DNA of 64,000 nt from an uncultured Bacilli bacterium (GTDB lineage: Bacteria > Bacillota_I > Bacilli_A > RF39 > UBA660). The DNA is taken from the NCBI GenBank assembly GCA_934086815.1, contig CAKOIM010000003.1, forward strand, positions 6,805 to 70,804. Direction: 5' to 3'. The first letter of the stretch is position 1, and the number at the start of each line of letters is the position of its first letter. The notes beneath the pieces were generated by a model. The model was given only the letters and a program-made list of their open reading frames with translations, was not told the DNA's origin and did not search any database. The position numbers were made by a program, and so were the translations under genes. Of this stretch, positions 28,830 through 39,118 are shown in pieces.

Positions 28830-29748
28830 TTTTACTCCTGCTTTCTTGATATTTTTTTACTAAATTACTTATTTTAATAAAATGATGATTTACCCCAGAT
28901 TTTCCAATTTTATATCCTTCTTCTAACGAAATTATTTCAGCAAGTTCATTCATGCTCACTTCCGGATACTTAATACGACTATTAGCAACTATTTGCGTTT
29001 TTTCATCTAATAAACTAAATATATCTTTTTCTTTTAAATATTTAATGTTATTTATTTGTATTTGCCCACTTTTAAAACTTTTTTCTTGGTTAGCAATCTC
29101 ACAATTATTAAGTCTATTAACCATATTTTTATGATCTTTATAAATTCTTATATCTTCAAAATAAAACAAAGAATTAATTGCTTTAAACCGTTTTATTAAA
29201 TCACTAATACACTCACTAGACTTAATATAAACAATATACTTATAACCACGTTTTATTAATTTAGCTTTTAAATTATATTCATTCAATAAATTTAAAACTT
29301 GTTTTGCTAAAATTTCCTTTGAAAAAATATATTCTAAGTGATATCCACTAGTACTAGGATTAGATATATTTCCCACTGCTAAAAAAGCACCTTGTAAAAA
29401 AGCATTTTTTTCTTCTTCTGTTACAAATTTTTCCAACTTTACTTTATTATCTAATTTAATACTTTCTTTTATAAACTTTATTTTTTCTTTAACAGTCAAT
29501 ATATATATTTGCTTAACTTTAAATCTCTTTTGAATTCTTATTATAACACTAACATTTACATTATATATCTCCTTTAGTTCCTTGTATATTCTTCTTGCAA
29601 TACTTGCATTTTCTAGTGTTATACTAATTTCATTTTTATTAAACTTAGCAACAGAATTTAAAAAACCTTCTAATTCACACCTTGCTTCAATAATATTAAA
29701 ATCATTTTTAGCTATTTCTTCTTTTAAACTTATTGTAAAAGTAATCAT
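28819..29748 (-). CDS. whiA: DNA-binding sporulation/cell-division regulator WhiA
   Basis: Typical length; N-terminal LAGLIDG-like domain and C-terminal HTH. Confidence 0.8.
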   Translation of the reverse strand: MITFTISLKEEIAKNDFNIIEARCELEGFLNSVAKFNKNEISITLENASIARRIYKELKEIYNVNVSVIIRIQKRFKVKQIYILTVKEKIKFIKESIKLDNKVKLEKFVTEEEKNAFLQGAFLAVGNISNPSTSGYHLEYIFSKEILAKQVLNLLNEYNLKAKLIKRGYKYIVYIKSSECISDLIKRFKAINSLFYFEDIRIYKDHKNMVNRLNNCEIANQEKSFKSGQIQINNIKYLKEKDIFSLLDEKTQIVANSRIKYPEVSMNELAEIISLEEGYKIGKSGVNHHFIKISNLVKKYQESRSKSES

Positions 29749-30701
29749 TTCTTACCTTCCATAAGATATGAAAATATTAAGTATCCTGTTTTTAATGAAT
29801 CATGACGATAACATCCATTTTCAATGGTAAATAATTTATCTTGTATTACATAAACATCTTTTAATTCTCGAGTATCTAATATTACCGGATCTTTTTGTTC
29901 CTTATTAGCATACTTTTTAGATAATTTACTATCTATTAAAGCATTATTAGCCATAACTATATTTATTTTACCTTTACCTAAATATTTTTCTAAATAATCG
30001 ATATGGTCCTTTACTGAAAAATCATCAGTTTCCCCTGGTTGGGTAAATAAATTACAAATATACATTTTATCAGCTTTAGATTTATTTATTACATCTACTA
30101 ACTTTTTATTAATTAAATGAGGAACAATACTAGTAAGTAAACTACCAGATGAAAAAATTATTAAGTCAGCTTCATTTACTGCTTTAATAACTTTAGGATT
30201 AACATTAATTTCTTTGTCATATCTCACTTCTTTAATTTTACTTGCACATTTAGTTAATTGTTCTTCTCCTTTAATTACCTTTCCTGCTTCGGTTATACCT
30301 ACTAAATTAACATTATCTTCTGTTAAAGGTAATACTTTTCCCTTTACATCTAATAAAGTTTCCATAACAGGCATAGCCTTTGTAAAACTTCCCTTTAAAT
30401 CAAGTAAAGCCATTAATATCAAGTTTTTAACTGAGTGAACTCCTAAAGACTTAGACTTAGAAAAACGATAATTCATTAAGTTAATAACATCATCCCCTGC
30501 ACTAGACATACTAAGCATAACCTTAGTTATATCACCAACCGCAGGTATATCTAATTCTTTTCTTAAAAGCCCCGTACTTCCCCCATTATCTGCAACAGTT
30601 ACAACCGCAGATATTTCCACGGGAAATAATTTTATTCCTTTTAATAACTGAGAAAGACCACTTCCTCCGCCAAAAATAACTATTTTTTTCATATCCATCA
30701 C
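29745..30701 (-). CDS. yvcK: YvcK/CofD-like gluconeogenesis factor (UPF0052)
   Basis: KKIVIFGGGSGLSQLLKG...VADNGGSTGLLR. Confidence 0.85.
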   Translation of the reverse strand: MMDMKKIVIFGGGSGLSQLLKGIKLFPVEISAVVTVADNGGSTGLLRKELDIPAVGDITKVMLSMSSAGDDVINLMNYRFSKSKSLGVHSVKNLILMALLDLKGSFTKAMPVMETLLDVKGKVLPLTEDNVNLVGITEAGKVIKGEEQLTKCASKIKEVRYDKEINVNPKVIKAVNEADLIIFSSGSLLTSIVPHLINKKLVDVINKSKADKMYICNLFTQPGETDDFSVKDHIDYLEKYLGKGKINIVMANNALIDSKLSKKYANKEQKDPVILDTRELKDVYVIQDKLFTIENGCYRHDSLKTGYLIFSYLMEGKK

Positions 30702-30733
30702 AAATTAAGTTTAACACAATTATATTTAAATTT

Positions 30734-31624
30734 CTATATAAATGGTAAGTTTCGTCTTTTTACACCGTTATTTACTTCATAACAAGTATCAATTACAATA
30801 AAAGCATTCGGATCTATTTCTAATATTCTTTGTTTCAATAAATAATAATCATTGTTTGCAACTACACACATAATCATATAATCATGAATTAAACTAAAAC
30901 CACCCTTACTAGGTATACAAGTAAGTCCTGTATTAAAATCTTGCATAATTATTTTCATAACTTCTTTTCTTTTTTTCGTTGTAATATAAAATAACTTACT
31001 TGTTTCTATCCCAAACATTATCTTATCAACAAAATAAGTCGAACCAATAAGTATTATAAATGAATAAATACCTTTATTTAAGCCAAATACTATAATACCC
31101 ATTAATATTATAAAAGCATTAGTATATAACATAGATTTAGATTCACTTATTTTCATGTATTTATTTATAATTTGCATAATAATATCTGTTCCACCCGTAG
31201 TAAATCCACTACGATATATTAAACCCGAACCAACACCAAATAATATGGTAGCAAGTAATATTTGTATTAAAAAATCATCAAATACTAAATACTTCATTAA
31301 ATAATTAGAAATTGGCATTGTTACAGTTATCATAAAGGGATAAAGTATAGAACCTAAAATATTTCTTTTAGTTTTATTTAAATCTAGTAAGAAAAAACCA
31401 ATAAAGAGAACTAATATATTAGCAACATATATAAATACATTAGCATTAATATTAAAAATTTTATGAAAAACAATAGCAAGTCCACTAAAACCTGATACCA
31501 CTAAATTATTTGGTGTTAAAAACAAATTAAAGCACATAGCATATATAAATATACCCAATACTAAAGTTAAACCGTTAATAATAATTTCTTTATAATTTTC
31601 ATTTTTCATATACTCACCTATCAT
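30734..31624 (-). CDS. YitT-family (DUF161/DUF2179) membrane protein
   Basis: Multi-TM N-terminus plus C-terminal DUF2179-like domain. Confidence 0.55.
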   Translation of the reverse strand: MIGEYMKNENYKEIIINGLTLVLGIFIYAMCFNLFLTPNNLVVSGFSGLAIVFHKIFNINANVFIYVANILVLFIGFFLLDLNKTKRNILGSILYPFMITVTMPISNYLMKYLVFDDFLIQILLATILFGVGSGLIYRSGFTTGGTDIIMQIINKYMKISESKSMLYTNAFIILMGIIVFGLNKGIYSFIILIGSTYFVDKIMFGIETSKLFYITTKKRKEVMKIIMQDFNTGLTCIPSKGGFSLIHDYMIMCVVANNDYYLLKQRILEIDPNAFIVIDTCYEVNNGVKRRNLPFI

Positions 31625-31689
31625 AATAATTATAAAACATTAACATATTTTTAGCAATGCTTACATAAATTAAAGAGAGGTGAATTTTA

Positions 31690-32046
31690 ATGAATGGTAA
31701 TTATTACCAAAATCCTACATTTCCAAATCAAGGTTTTCAAACCCCACCTGGAAATGTGTCTGTAACTGAAGTGAGTAATAACATACCCCAAGAACAAAGT
31801 TATATAGAAAACATTTTAAGACTTAATAAGGGTAGAAAAGCTAAAGCTTATGTATCTTACCCAGATAGTAGTGCTTGGCAAAATAAAGTATATGAAGGTA
31901 TTATTGAAGAAGCTGGTAAGGACCATCTAATAATAAGGGATAACACCAATAACCTTTGGTACTTAATAAGAATTATTTATTTAAACTATGTTGAATTTAT
32001 GGAACCAATAATATACTCGCATAGTTATTCGGAAAAAACATACTAA
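31690..32046 (+). CDS. gerQ: GerQ-like spore coat protein
   Basis: QSYIENILRLNKGRKAKAYVSYPDSSAWQNKVYEGIIEEAGKDHLIIRD...YLIRIIYLNYVEF matches the GerQ/YwdL family pattern. Confidence 0.6.
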   Translation: MNGNYYQNPTFPNQGFQTPPGNVSVTEVSNNIPQEQSYIENILRLNKGRKAKAYVSYPDSSAWQNKVYEGIIEEAGKDHLIIRDNTNNLWYLIRIIYLNYVEFMEPIIYSHSYSEKTY

Positions 32047-32133
32047 TTAAAAAGAAGATAAAACATTTATTCTTAGCTTTATCTTCTTTTTGCGTTTTAC
32101 ATTTTAAAACAGTAATATCTATTTCTAGCACAA

Positions 32134-32676
32134 TTAAAAGTAATATTCAAACCTTTTAACTTCATTACCTAAAATAGTTTTACTTCCATGTCCAGGATAA
32201 ACAACTGTATCTTTTGGATATTTACTTATTAACTCTAAACTATCTTGCATAGCAATCTCACTACCTGTTGGTAAATCCATTCTGCCAATAGTTCCATAAA
32301 AAATAAAATCTCCACTGAATAAAACTTTTTCTTTTTCAAAATAAAAGCTTACACTATCACTAGTATGCCCAGGAGTCTTAATAACTTCATAATCAAAGTA
32401 TGACGTTTTTACATTTTCTTCTAAATTAAAATGTTTTTTTAATTCTTCTAATGCTCCGACATGATCAAAATGATAATGAGTAACTAATATTTCCTTAATA
32501 TTTTTATTACTACATGCTTTAATTATTTCTTGAGCTTCATCCCCTGGATCAACAATAAAACTATAGTCTCCAATGGTACAAATATAACAATTTTCTTGTA
32601 ATGAACCCACTACTAACGTTTCAATTTTCACTTTATCACCTGAAATAATATTATCATAACAAAAAAAAGACTTCAA
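32134..32676 (-). CDS. MBL-fold metallo-hydrolase (glyoxalase II-like)
   Basis: HYHFDHVG metal-binding motif. Confidence 0.75.
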   Translation of the reverse strand: MKSFFCYDNIISGDKVKIETLVVGSLQENCYICTIGDYSFIVDPGDEAQEIIKACSNKNIKEILVTHYHFDHVGALEELKKHFNLEENVKTSYFDYEVIKTPGHTSDSVSFYFEKEKVLFSGDFIFYGTIGRMDLPTGSEIAMQDSLELISKYPKDTVVYPGHGSKTILGNEVKRFEYYF

Positions 32677-32709
32677 TAAACACTTGAAATCTTTATTTTA
32701 TTTTACAAA

Positions 32710-33927
32710 TTAAAACCATTGAGTTCTAGCATAAAATGAAGCCCCTTTTCCAGGAAATCCTGGCGGATTCATTAAGTTTGTATAAAAGTGCGACCAACTA
32801 GTCCAGTTACTTTTAGAAACACTATAGTGTAAATGCGCACCAAATGTACACCTATCATAACCTCCATACTTTACAGATGTTGATTTTCCACCTGAAGAAC
32901 CAATTACTGTTTGATTAGTGACAGTTTGATTCATACTTACATTTATAGATAACAAATGTGCATAAAGCATTGTATAAGTAACTCCATTTACTTTTGATTC
33001 AATATAAACTTGATTTCCACCACAACTAGCCCCTCTAATAATATAAACTACTTTTCCATTAGTAGATGAATAGACCGTAGTTTTTTCAGGTATACTTATG
33101 TCTATTCCGCTATGATTACTAGATTTACCATTTAATGTTCTCCAACCATATAAGCTACTTATAGTTCCTTTAACAACTGGTTTTAACCAAGTGCTATTAT
33201 ATGAATATGAAGCACAATCAGTAAACTTTTGATTTTCTTTACAGCCCATAGCTACATAATTTTTAATATTAGTTTCAACTATCTTAATTTCTTCATTGAT
33301 GTCCATCGAAATATCTTCTAACTCTAATAAACTTGAATCTAAATTTTCTATTTGTTTTTCATAACTTGCAATATTGTTATTAAGTTGAACTTCATAATTT
33401 TTTAAATCTACTTGTTTTTGTTCATTAGTTTTAATAAGTTCTTCCATCTCTGTTAATTTATTTTTATTATACTGAGATATTTGTTTTACAGCATCTACTC
33501 GCATAATTAATTCTGTCATTGAAGAAGAATCAGTTACAAATTCAAGATATGAATTATCCCCTAATAAAAGTTGATAATTTTCCATTAATTCATTAGTTTG
33601 TGCATTCAGTTCTTCTATCTTTTTATTAGTTTCTTCAATTGATGCCTTTGCTTCAATTATTTTATTTTCTGAATTAACTATTTCTTGGTTAGCATTTTTT
33701 ATATCATTGTTTTTTTGTCTTTTTTGTGCCTCAGTATAAGCTTTTTGACTTTGCGTCTTTTGTTTTTTTGCTTGCAATTCTTTTAACTCTTGCCTTAATT
33801 CTGCCAAAGTCGTAGCTTCGCTTTTCGCAGATACATCACTAGTTTTAAAAACAAAACATGAAACAAACAATAATATAGCTAACATATACCTAATAAAATA
33901 TTCACTTAACTTATTTATATTCATCAT
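32710..33927 (-). CDS. M23-family peptidase with N-terminal coiled-coil (PcsB/EnvC-like divisome hydrolase)
   Basis: Signal peptide and long coiled coil; C-terminal HSGIDI and GAHLHYSV LytM motifs; lies downstream of ftsEX. Confidence 0.8.
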   Translation of the reverse strand: MMNINKLSEYFIRYMLAILLFVSCFVFKTSDVSAKSEATTLAELRQELKELQAKKQKTQSQKAYTEAQKRQKNNDIKNANQEIVNSENKIIEAKASIEETNKKIEELNAQTNELMENYQLLLGDNSYLEFVTDSSSMTELIMRVDAVKQISQYNKNKLTEMEELIKTNEQKQVDLKNYEVQLNNNIASYEKQIENLDSSLLELEDISMDINEEIKIVETNIKNYVAMGCKENQKFTDCASYSYNSTWLKPVVKGTISSLYGWRTLNGKSSNHSGIDISIPEKTTVYSSTNGKVVYIIRGASCGGNQVYIESKVNGVTYTMLYAHLLSINVSMNQTVTNQTVIGSSGGKSTSVKYGGYDRCTFGAHLHYSVSKSNWTSWSHFYTNLMNPPGFPGKGASFYARTQWF

Positions 33928-34841
33928 ATCTTTAAATACTTCCTTACTGCTTTAATACTTCCATACATACCTACTAAAGCCCCTATTGCTACTAATATAC
34001 CTGATACAGCAAAAACAAAATTATATGGTTTAATTAACATAATTAAGTTTGAAAATAATTTACCATGTAATCTAGAATACAAAATTACATAACCATATAT
34101 TGTTATACAAACAGGAATAATAGCTCCAATTATACCAATTATAAATCCTTCAAACAAGAATGGTAATTTAATAGCTATATTACTAGCCCCTACTAAACGC
34201 ATTATCTCTATTTCATTTCTTCTACTAAATATTGTAAGTTTAATAGTATTACTAATTAAAAATCCTGTTACTAATACTAAAGCAATAACTATTACAATAA
34301 CTACTTTTTGAACTACATCAAACACAGATATTACAGTTTCAACCATTCCTTCTCCATATTTTACCGTATCAACTCCATCAATACTTTTAATGTATTCACT
34401 TGTATCACTTAATTTTTTTACATCTTTTACTTTAACAACAAAGGAATTAAGCAAAGGATTTTCATCTAAATAATCAAGCACTGTTTTAAAAGCATCATCA
34501 TACTTACTCATTTCCATTTTCCATTCATCTTTGCTTTTATAAACAACTTCTGAAACATTTCTTTGACTATTTAAATCATCTTTTACATTTTGTATTTGTT
34601 CATCAGTTACATCTTTTTTTAAGTAAATAACTATTGTTAACTCATCTTCAATTACCTTTGTTGCATTATCTATATTACAAGCACAAACTATTGCCACAGC
34701 TACTAATATAAGTGTTATAGTAGTACACATAATAGATGCAAAACTTAAAGAAAAATTTCTTACAACACTTTTAAAAGCATCTCTTATACTTCTTAAAAAA
34801 ATTCTACACGCCCTCATTTGTCTTATAACTTCCTTTCGCAT
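33924..34841 (-). CDS. ftsX: Cell-division ABC transporter permease FtsX
   Basis: Topology and position after ftsE. Confidence 0.85.
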   Translation of the reverse strand: MRKEVIRQMRACRIFLRSIRDAFKSVVRNFSLSFASIMCTTITLILVAVAIVCACNIDNATKVIEDELTIVIYLKKDVTDEQIQNVKDDLNSQRNVSEVVYKSKDEWKMEMSKYDDAFKTVLDYLDENPLLNSFVVKVKDVKKLSDTSEYIKSIDGVDTVKYGEGMVETVISVFDVVQKVVIVIVIALVLVTGFLISNTIKLTIFSRRNEIEIMRLVGASNIAIKLPFLFEGFIIGIIGAIIPVCITIYGYVILYSRLHGKLFSNLIMLIKPYNFVFAVSGILVAIGALVGMYGSIKAVRKYLKI

Positions 34842-35505
34842 AATCTCCAGCTAATACACCGTTATCGATAAGTAAAACTCTTTTCTTCATTCTATTTACT
34901 ATATCTTTATCATGAGTAGCCATAATTATTGTTGTTCCCAACTCCTTATTAATTCTATCAATAACTTCCATTATTTCTTCACTCGTTTTTGGGTCTAAGT
35001 TTCCTGTTGGTTCATCACATATAAGAAGCTTTGGTTTATTTACAATTGCCCGAGCAATACATACTCTTTGTTGTTCTCCACCAGAAAGTTCCCCTGGAAA
35101 TGATCTTACCTTTTCTTTTAAACCAACCCGGTCTAAAGCATTTAATACAAGGGGTCTTATTTCCGAACTTTTCATACCTACACATTCTAAAGCAAAAGCA
35201 ACATTTTCATAAACAGTCAATTTTGGCAATAACTTAAAATCTTGAAATACAATACCTAATTTTCTTCTTAATTTATAAACTTTACCATTCCTTAGTTTAC
35301 CAACATTTAGCCCGCCTACATAAACTGTACCACTTGTTGGTTTTTCTTCTCTATAAAGCATTTTAATAAATGTTGACTTTCCACTTGCTGTAAGTCCAAT
35401 AACAAAGACAAATTCCCCTTTAGTTATTTGTACATTTAAATCAGCGATAGCAGTTATCCCATTTTTATATGTCTTATTTACTTTCTTTACTTCTATAAAC
35501 TTCAT
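34804..35505 (-). CDS. ftsE: Cell-division ATP-binding protein FtsE
   Basis: GLTASGKST, LSGGEQQRVCIARA, LLICDEPTGNLD. Confidence 0.9.
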   Translation of the reverse strand: MKFIEVKKVNKTYKNGITAIADLNVQITKGEFVFVIGLTASGKSTFIKMLYREEKPTSGTVYVGGLNVGKLRNGKVYKLRRKLGIVFQDFKLLPKLTVYENVAFALECVGMKSSEIRPLVLNALDRVGLKEKVRSFPGELSGGEQQRVCIARAIVNKPKLLICDEPTGNLDPKTSEEIMEVIDRINKELGTTIIMATHDKDIVNRMKKRVLLIDNGVLAGDYAKGSYKTNEGV

Positions 35506-35591
35506 TATGAACCTCCACTATAAGTATAACATTCCTTAAAATATTTATAAATCATAAATTATTTTAGTTGACACTTTTAGATGAAGTTTTC

Positions 35592-35620
35592 TTGCAAGAA
35601 ACTACTTATTTTACTATAAT
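35592..35620 (+). promoter_or_regulatory. Sigma-A-type promoter TTGCAA-17-TATAAT for the flippase gene
   Basis: -35 at 35592-35597, -10 at 35615-35620; RBS GAAAGGA before the ATG at 35644. Confidence 0.5.
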
Positions 35621-35643
35621 TAATTAGAAAGGACGAACACTTA

Positions 35644-37266
35644 ATGAAAAAAAATGAATTTATGGAAGGAGCAATGATTGCAACAATTGCTATTATTGTA
35701 TCTAAAATACTCGGAGTATTATATGTTATTCCCTTTTATCGAATAATCGGCGAAAACGGTGGTTCATTATACGGTTATGCCTATAATATTTACAACTTCT
35801 TTTTAATTATTTCTTCCGCTGGTATACCACTTGCTATAAGTAAGATTACTAGTGAGTATAATACTCTAGGAAAAGTAAAAGAAAAAACTTACATGTTTAA
35901 GTATTCAGAAAAAATAATTAGAATATTTTCAATTATTTCTTTTGCTATATGTTTTCTAGGAGCTAACTTAATTGCCACGGCTATTGTCGGGGATTTATCC
36001 GGAGGTAATTCTATTAGTGATGTTGCTTTTGTTATAAGATGTGTATCATTCGCTATTTTAATTGTTCCTATATTAAGCATACTAAGAGGTTATCTACAAG
36101 GTCATAAATATATTGCCGCGCCATCTATTGGTCAAGTAATAGAACAGTTTGTAAGAGTTTTAGTAATTATTGTCGGATCTTTCTTAGCTTTAAAAGTATT
36201 TCATTTAAGTGTTGCCGAAGCCGTAGGTATAGCAGTATTCGGAGCTTGTGCCGGAGCTTTAGTATCATATGGTTATTTATTACTTAAAACAAGAAAAATA
36301 AAAGATACATTATTTGTTCCTTATGAAGAAGTATCAAAAGAAGAAAAAAAAGAAATACTAAAAAAACTTATCGGTTATTGTATACCATTTATAATTATTA
36401 ATGTTGCTAATAGCATTTATAATTCTGTTGATATGATTTTGGTAATAAAAGGACTAAATTGGATAGGATACCCTGCCCAAGACATTGAAACAATTTCCTC
36501 TGTTTTTACAACCTGGGGAAGTAAGTTAGTAAGTGTTGTTACAGCAATAGCAACAGGACTTGTCATAAGTTTAATTCCATCTATCGTAGAATCTTATACT
36601 AAAAATGATATGGAAGAAGTTAATAACCAATTTAATAAAACGCTACAAGTATTACTATATGTTATTTTACCATTTTCAATTTTCTTAAGTATATTTTCTA
36701 AACAAGTATGGACAATCTTTTATGGCGAAAGTTTTTATGGCCCTTTAATATTTAAATACACTATTTTATTAGCTATATTAGATTCCGCATATATAATGAT
36801 ATGTAGTGCTTTACAAGGACTTTCAAAAACAAAATTAATATATATTTCTTGTGCTACAGGGTTAATAACTAAAACTATACTAGATATACCATTAATATTC
36901 TTGTTTAATAAACTGGGAATTTATCCATTTTATGGAGCAATACTTGCAACAACAATAGGTTACTCTTTATCACTTGCAATACCTTTAATTACATTACATC
37001 ATAAGTATAACTTTAGTTACAAAAAGACATTAAAGTCTATACCTAAACTAATAATAACGATTTTAATTTTAGTAAGTATTTGCTTATTATTTAAAGCTAT
37101 TATATTTAGTCATATAACAAATAAATTATACATGTTAATAACATTAGCTTTTATTGGAATAATTTCTTTAATATTATATTATTTACTAAATAAAGATTTA
37201 TTAAATGAACTTGTAGGAAATAAGATTATAAGTAAATTTAAAAAGAAAAAAAATACAGATAAATAA
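35644..37266 (+). CDS. MOP-superfamily oligosaccharide flippase (MurJ/SpoVB-like)
   Basis: 540 aa with ~14 TM segments; polysaccharide biosynthesis protein family architecture. Confidence 0.7.
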   Translation: MKKNEFMEGAMIATIAIIVSKILGVLYVIPFYRIIGENGGSLYGYAYNIYNFFLIISSAGIPLAISKITSEYNTLGKVKEKTYMFKYSEKIIRIFSIISFAICFLGANLIATAIVGDLSGGNSISDVAFVIRCVSFAILIVPILSILRGYLQGHKYIAAPSIGQVIEQFVRVLVIIVGSFLALKVFHLSVAEAVGIAVFGACAGALVSYGYLLLKTRKIKDTLFVPYEEVSKEEKKEILKKLIGYCIPFIIINVANSIYNSVDMILVIKGLNWIGYPAQDIETISSVFTTWGSKLVSVVTAIATGLVISLIPSIVESYTKNDMEEVNNQFNKTLQVLLYVILPFSIFLSIFSKQVWTIFYGESFYGPLIFKYTILLAILDSAYIMICSALQGLSKTKLIYISCATGLITKTILDIPLIFLFNKLGIYPFYGAILATTIGYSLSLAIPLITLHHKYNFSYKKTLKSIPKLIITILILVSICLLFKAIIFSHITNKLYMLITLAFIGIISLILYYLLNKDLLNELVGNKIISKFKKKKNTDK

Positions 37267-37283
37267 TAAAATTCTGTATTTTT

Positions 37284-38588
37284 TTATTTAATAATAAATG
37301 GTAAATCTTTTGTACCGTTTCCAGAAACATACGTTACATTAGGATTAAGGTAAAAAACAGGTCTCATTGCATACATACAATGTTCTGGACCATTCGACCC
37401 ACAATTAAATACTTCTCCAAAAGAAACAATAACAAAACCGGTTGCCGAATAATTTCTTTCTGGGGTAATTGTAAATTCATATAATCCCATATAAATCCAA
37501 TTTACACTTGTTACGGAAGATAATCGATAGTCATTTCCCCTACTATCATATAATGGAGTTGTCCAAGCACTTGGGGCAGCTGCATAAGCGTAATCACTTA
37601 AATACATAAGCCCTATAACATCGGCATAAGTATCTGAAGAAAATGGGGTTAAAATTTCATTATTATATATATTTGAAGCAATCTCGTTTACTACTTTATT
37701 AGTTTTATTTCCTCCAACAATCCATTCATTTATTTCTATTTTTTTTCTCCAATTTACATTAAAGGTTTTATAAAAATTTGTATTTAAATTAATTTTATTT
37801 AATCTGCTTTCACTCCATAAAGCAGTACTTGAACTTCCAGTACTATAATTCCAAAAATATATACCAATATCTTTTGTAGAATTATTGCCTAATGTATTTT
37901 TACCCGACATAGCATCTGAATAATTTTTATAATAATCTCCATCAGAACCAAGATTAGTCGTTAATGCATAATCGTATTTAATTAACTTTACTCTACCATC
38001 AAAAACACCTATTATTCTATATAAATAGTCTGTTGCACATGTCCCATCCGTTGAATCATATCCAAAACATACAAAGTTATTTGTGGTATCACTTGGACCT
38101 GCATAACGATATGAGTTATCTCCCGCTCCATTTTCTAATGTACTATCATGATAATACATATTGTTTTCTCCCTGTACTCCAGTAAATAATTTTGCTATTT
38201 TGCAAGAAATCAATGAATTATCACACTCAGCATCATATCTTTTAGGTACATATACATCAAAATATACGTAACATTTATCAGAACTATTACCCTCCATTAT
38301 TACTTTTTTAGTAACATCATCCCATTTTAAATCTCCACCATTTTCACATCCAGACAAATTTTCATTAAATACATAATCATCACTTGGCCAAGCTTCAGAA
38401 GTTACTTCTTTATATTTACCTGATTTAGCTTCTGTTTCTAACATCATTGATAAAAAATCTATTTTTTCTGATTTAAAATTAATATTTTCCTTAACAGATA
38501 AATTTTTATAATAGTTTAAATCGATTATTAAATAAATCATAAAAAATAGCATGATTACACTAAATATTATTTTTCTTTTCTTATTCAT
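37284..38588 (-). CDS. Large secreted/anchored protein of unknown function, paralog A (probable start at MNKKRK, 38588; the ORF track extends to 38723)
   Basis: N-terminal signal-anchor. Conserved blocks shared with 46701..47987: SMMLET, KCYVYFD, GENNxYYHDxTLENGAxDNSYRYAG, NNFVCFGYDSxDG, DYLYRIIGVFDxxVKLIKYDY, MYLSDYAYAA, NVNWIYMGL, GNGxKxLPxII. Confidence 0.7.
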   Translation of the reverse strand: MNKKRKIIFSVIMLFFMIYLIIDLNYYKNLSVKENINFKSEKIDFLSMMLETEAKSGKYKEVTSEAWPSDDYVFNENLSGCENGGDLKWDDVTKKVIMEGNSSDKCYVYFDVYVPKRYDAECDNSLISCKIAKLFTGVQGENNMYYHDSTLENGAGDNSYRYAGPSDTTNNFVCFGYDSTDGTCATDYLYRIIGVFDGRVKLIKYDYALTTNLGSDGDYYKNYSDAMSGKNTLGNNSTKDIGIYFWNYSTGSSSTALWSESRLNKINLNTNFYKTFNVNWRKKIEINEWIVGGNKTNKVVNEIASNIYNNEILTPFSSDTYADVIGLMYLSDYAYAAAPSAWTTPLYDSRGNDYRLSSVTSVNWIYMGLYEFTITPERNYSATGFVIVSFGEVFNCGSNGPEHCMYAMRPVFYLNPNVTYVSGNGTKDLPFIIK

Positions 38589-38710
38589 ATATTTCTCTCT
38601 CATTTTCACAAACAACCACAAGTTGTATAATAATTTCATTATACTACTTGTGGTTGTATCAGTCAATACAATTGTGAGTTGTATAGTAAAATTTAGTTGA
38701 GGTGCAACCC

Positions 38711-38941
38711 ATGAATATATCAAGACTTAAGGAAATAAGAGAAGATAATGATTTATATCAAAAAGATATAGCAAATTTATTAGGAATAACTCAACAACAA
38801 TATAATAAATATGAGCTAGGAATTAATGCTATACCATTAGAAAAAATAAATATACTTGCAGATTATTACAAAACAAGCATTGATTATCTAACGTTTAGAA
38901 CTGATGAAAGGAAAGCCTATCCTAAATCCATTTTAAAATAA
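38711..38941 (+). CDS. XRE-family HTH transcriptional regulator (76 aa), divergent from paralog A
   Basis: LYQKDIANLLGITQQQYNKYELG; RBS GAGGTG 6 nt before the ATG at 38711. Confidence 0.75.
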   Translation: MNISRLKEIREDNDLYQKDIANLLGITQQQYNKYELGINAIPLEKINILADYYKTSIDYLTFRTDERKAYPKSILK

Positions 38942-38944
38942 ATT

Positions 38945-39090
38945 GTTAATATACCATTTTTAAGCAGATTTAACAAAAGATTTTTGGCTTAGAATCTAGC
39001 TTCTTTCAGCATTTTGTAAATTTGCTATACCATTTTTAAGACTTTCACTATACCATTTTTAAGACATTTGCTATACCATTTTTAAGAAAA
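38945..39090. repeat. Direct repeats of ATACCATTTTTAAG (4 copies; three as GCTATACCATTTTTAAGA with 21-bp phasing at 39026, 39047, 39069)
   Basis: Read directly from the sequence between the HTH gene end and the gap stop. Confidence 0.7.
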
Positions 39091-39118
39091 TTAAAACTCT
39101 CAATTAAGAGAGTATTTT

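Noticed and set aside
38588-38723. Annotated N-terminal extension of paralog A (MIYSWVAPQ...) overlapping the XRE gene start
   Set aside because: Paralog B begins at the equivalent MKIKNK signal anchor. The extension lacks an RBS and overlaps the divergent promoter and operator region, so the shorter start at 38588 is preferred.
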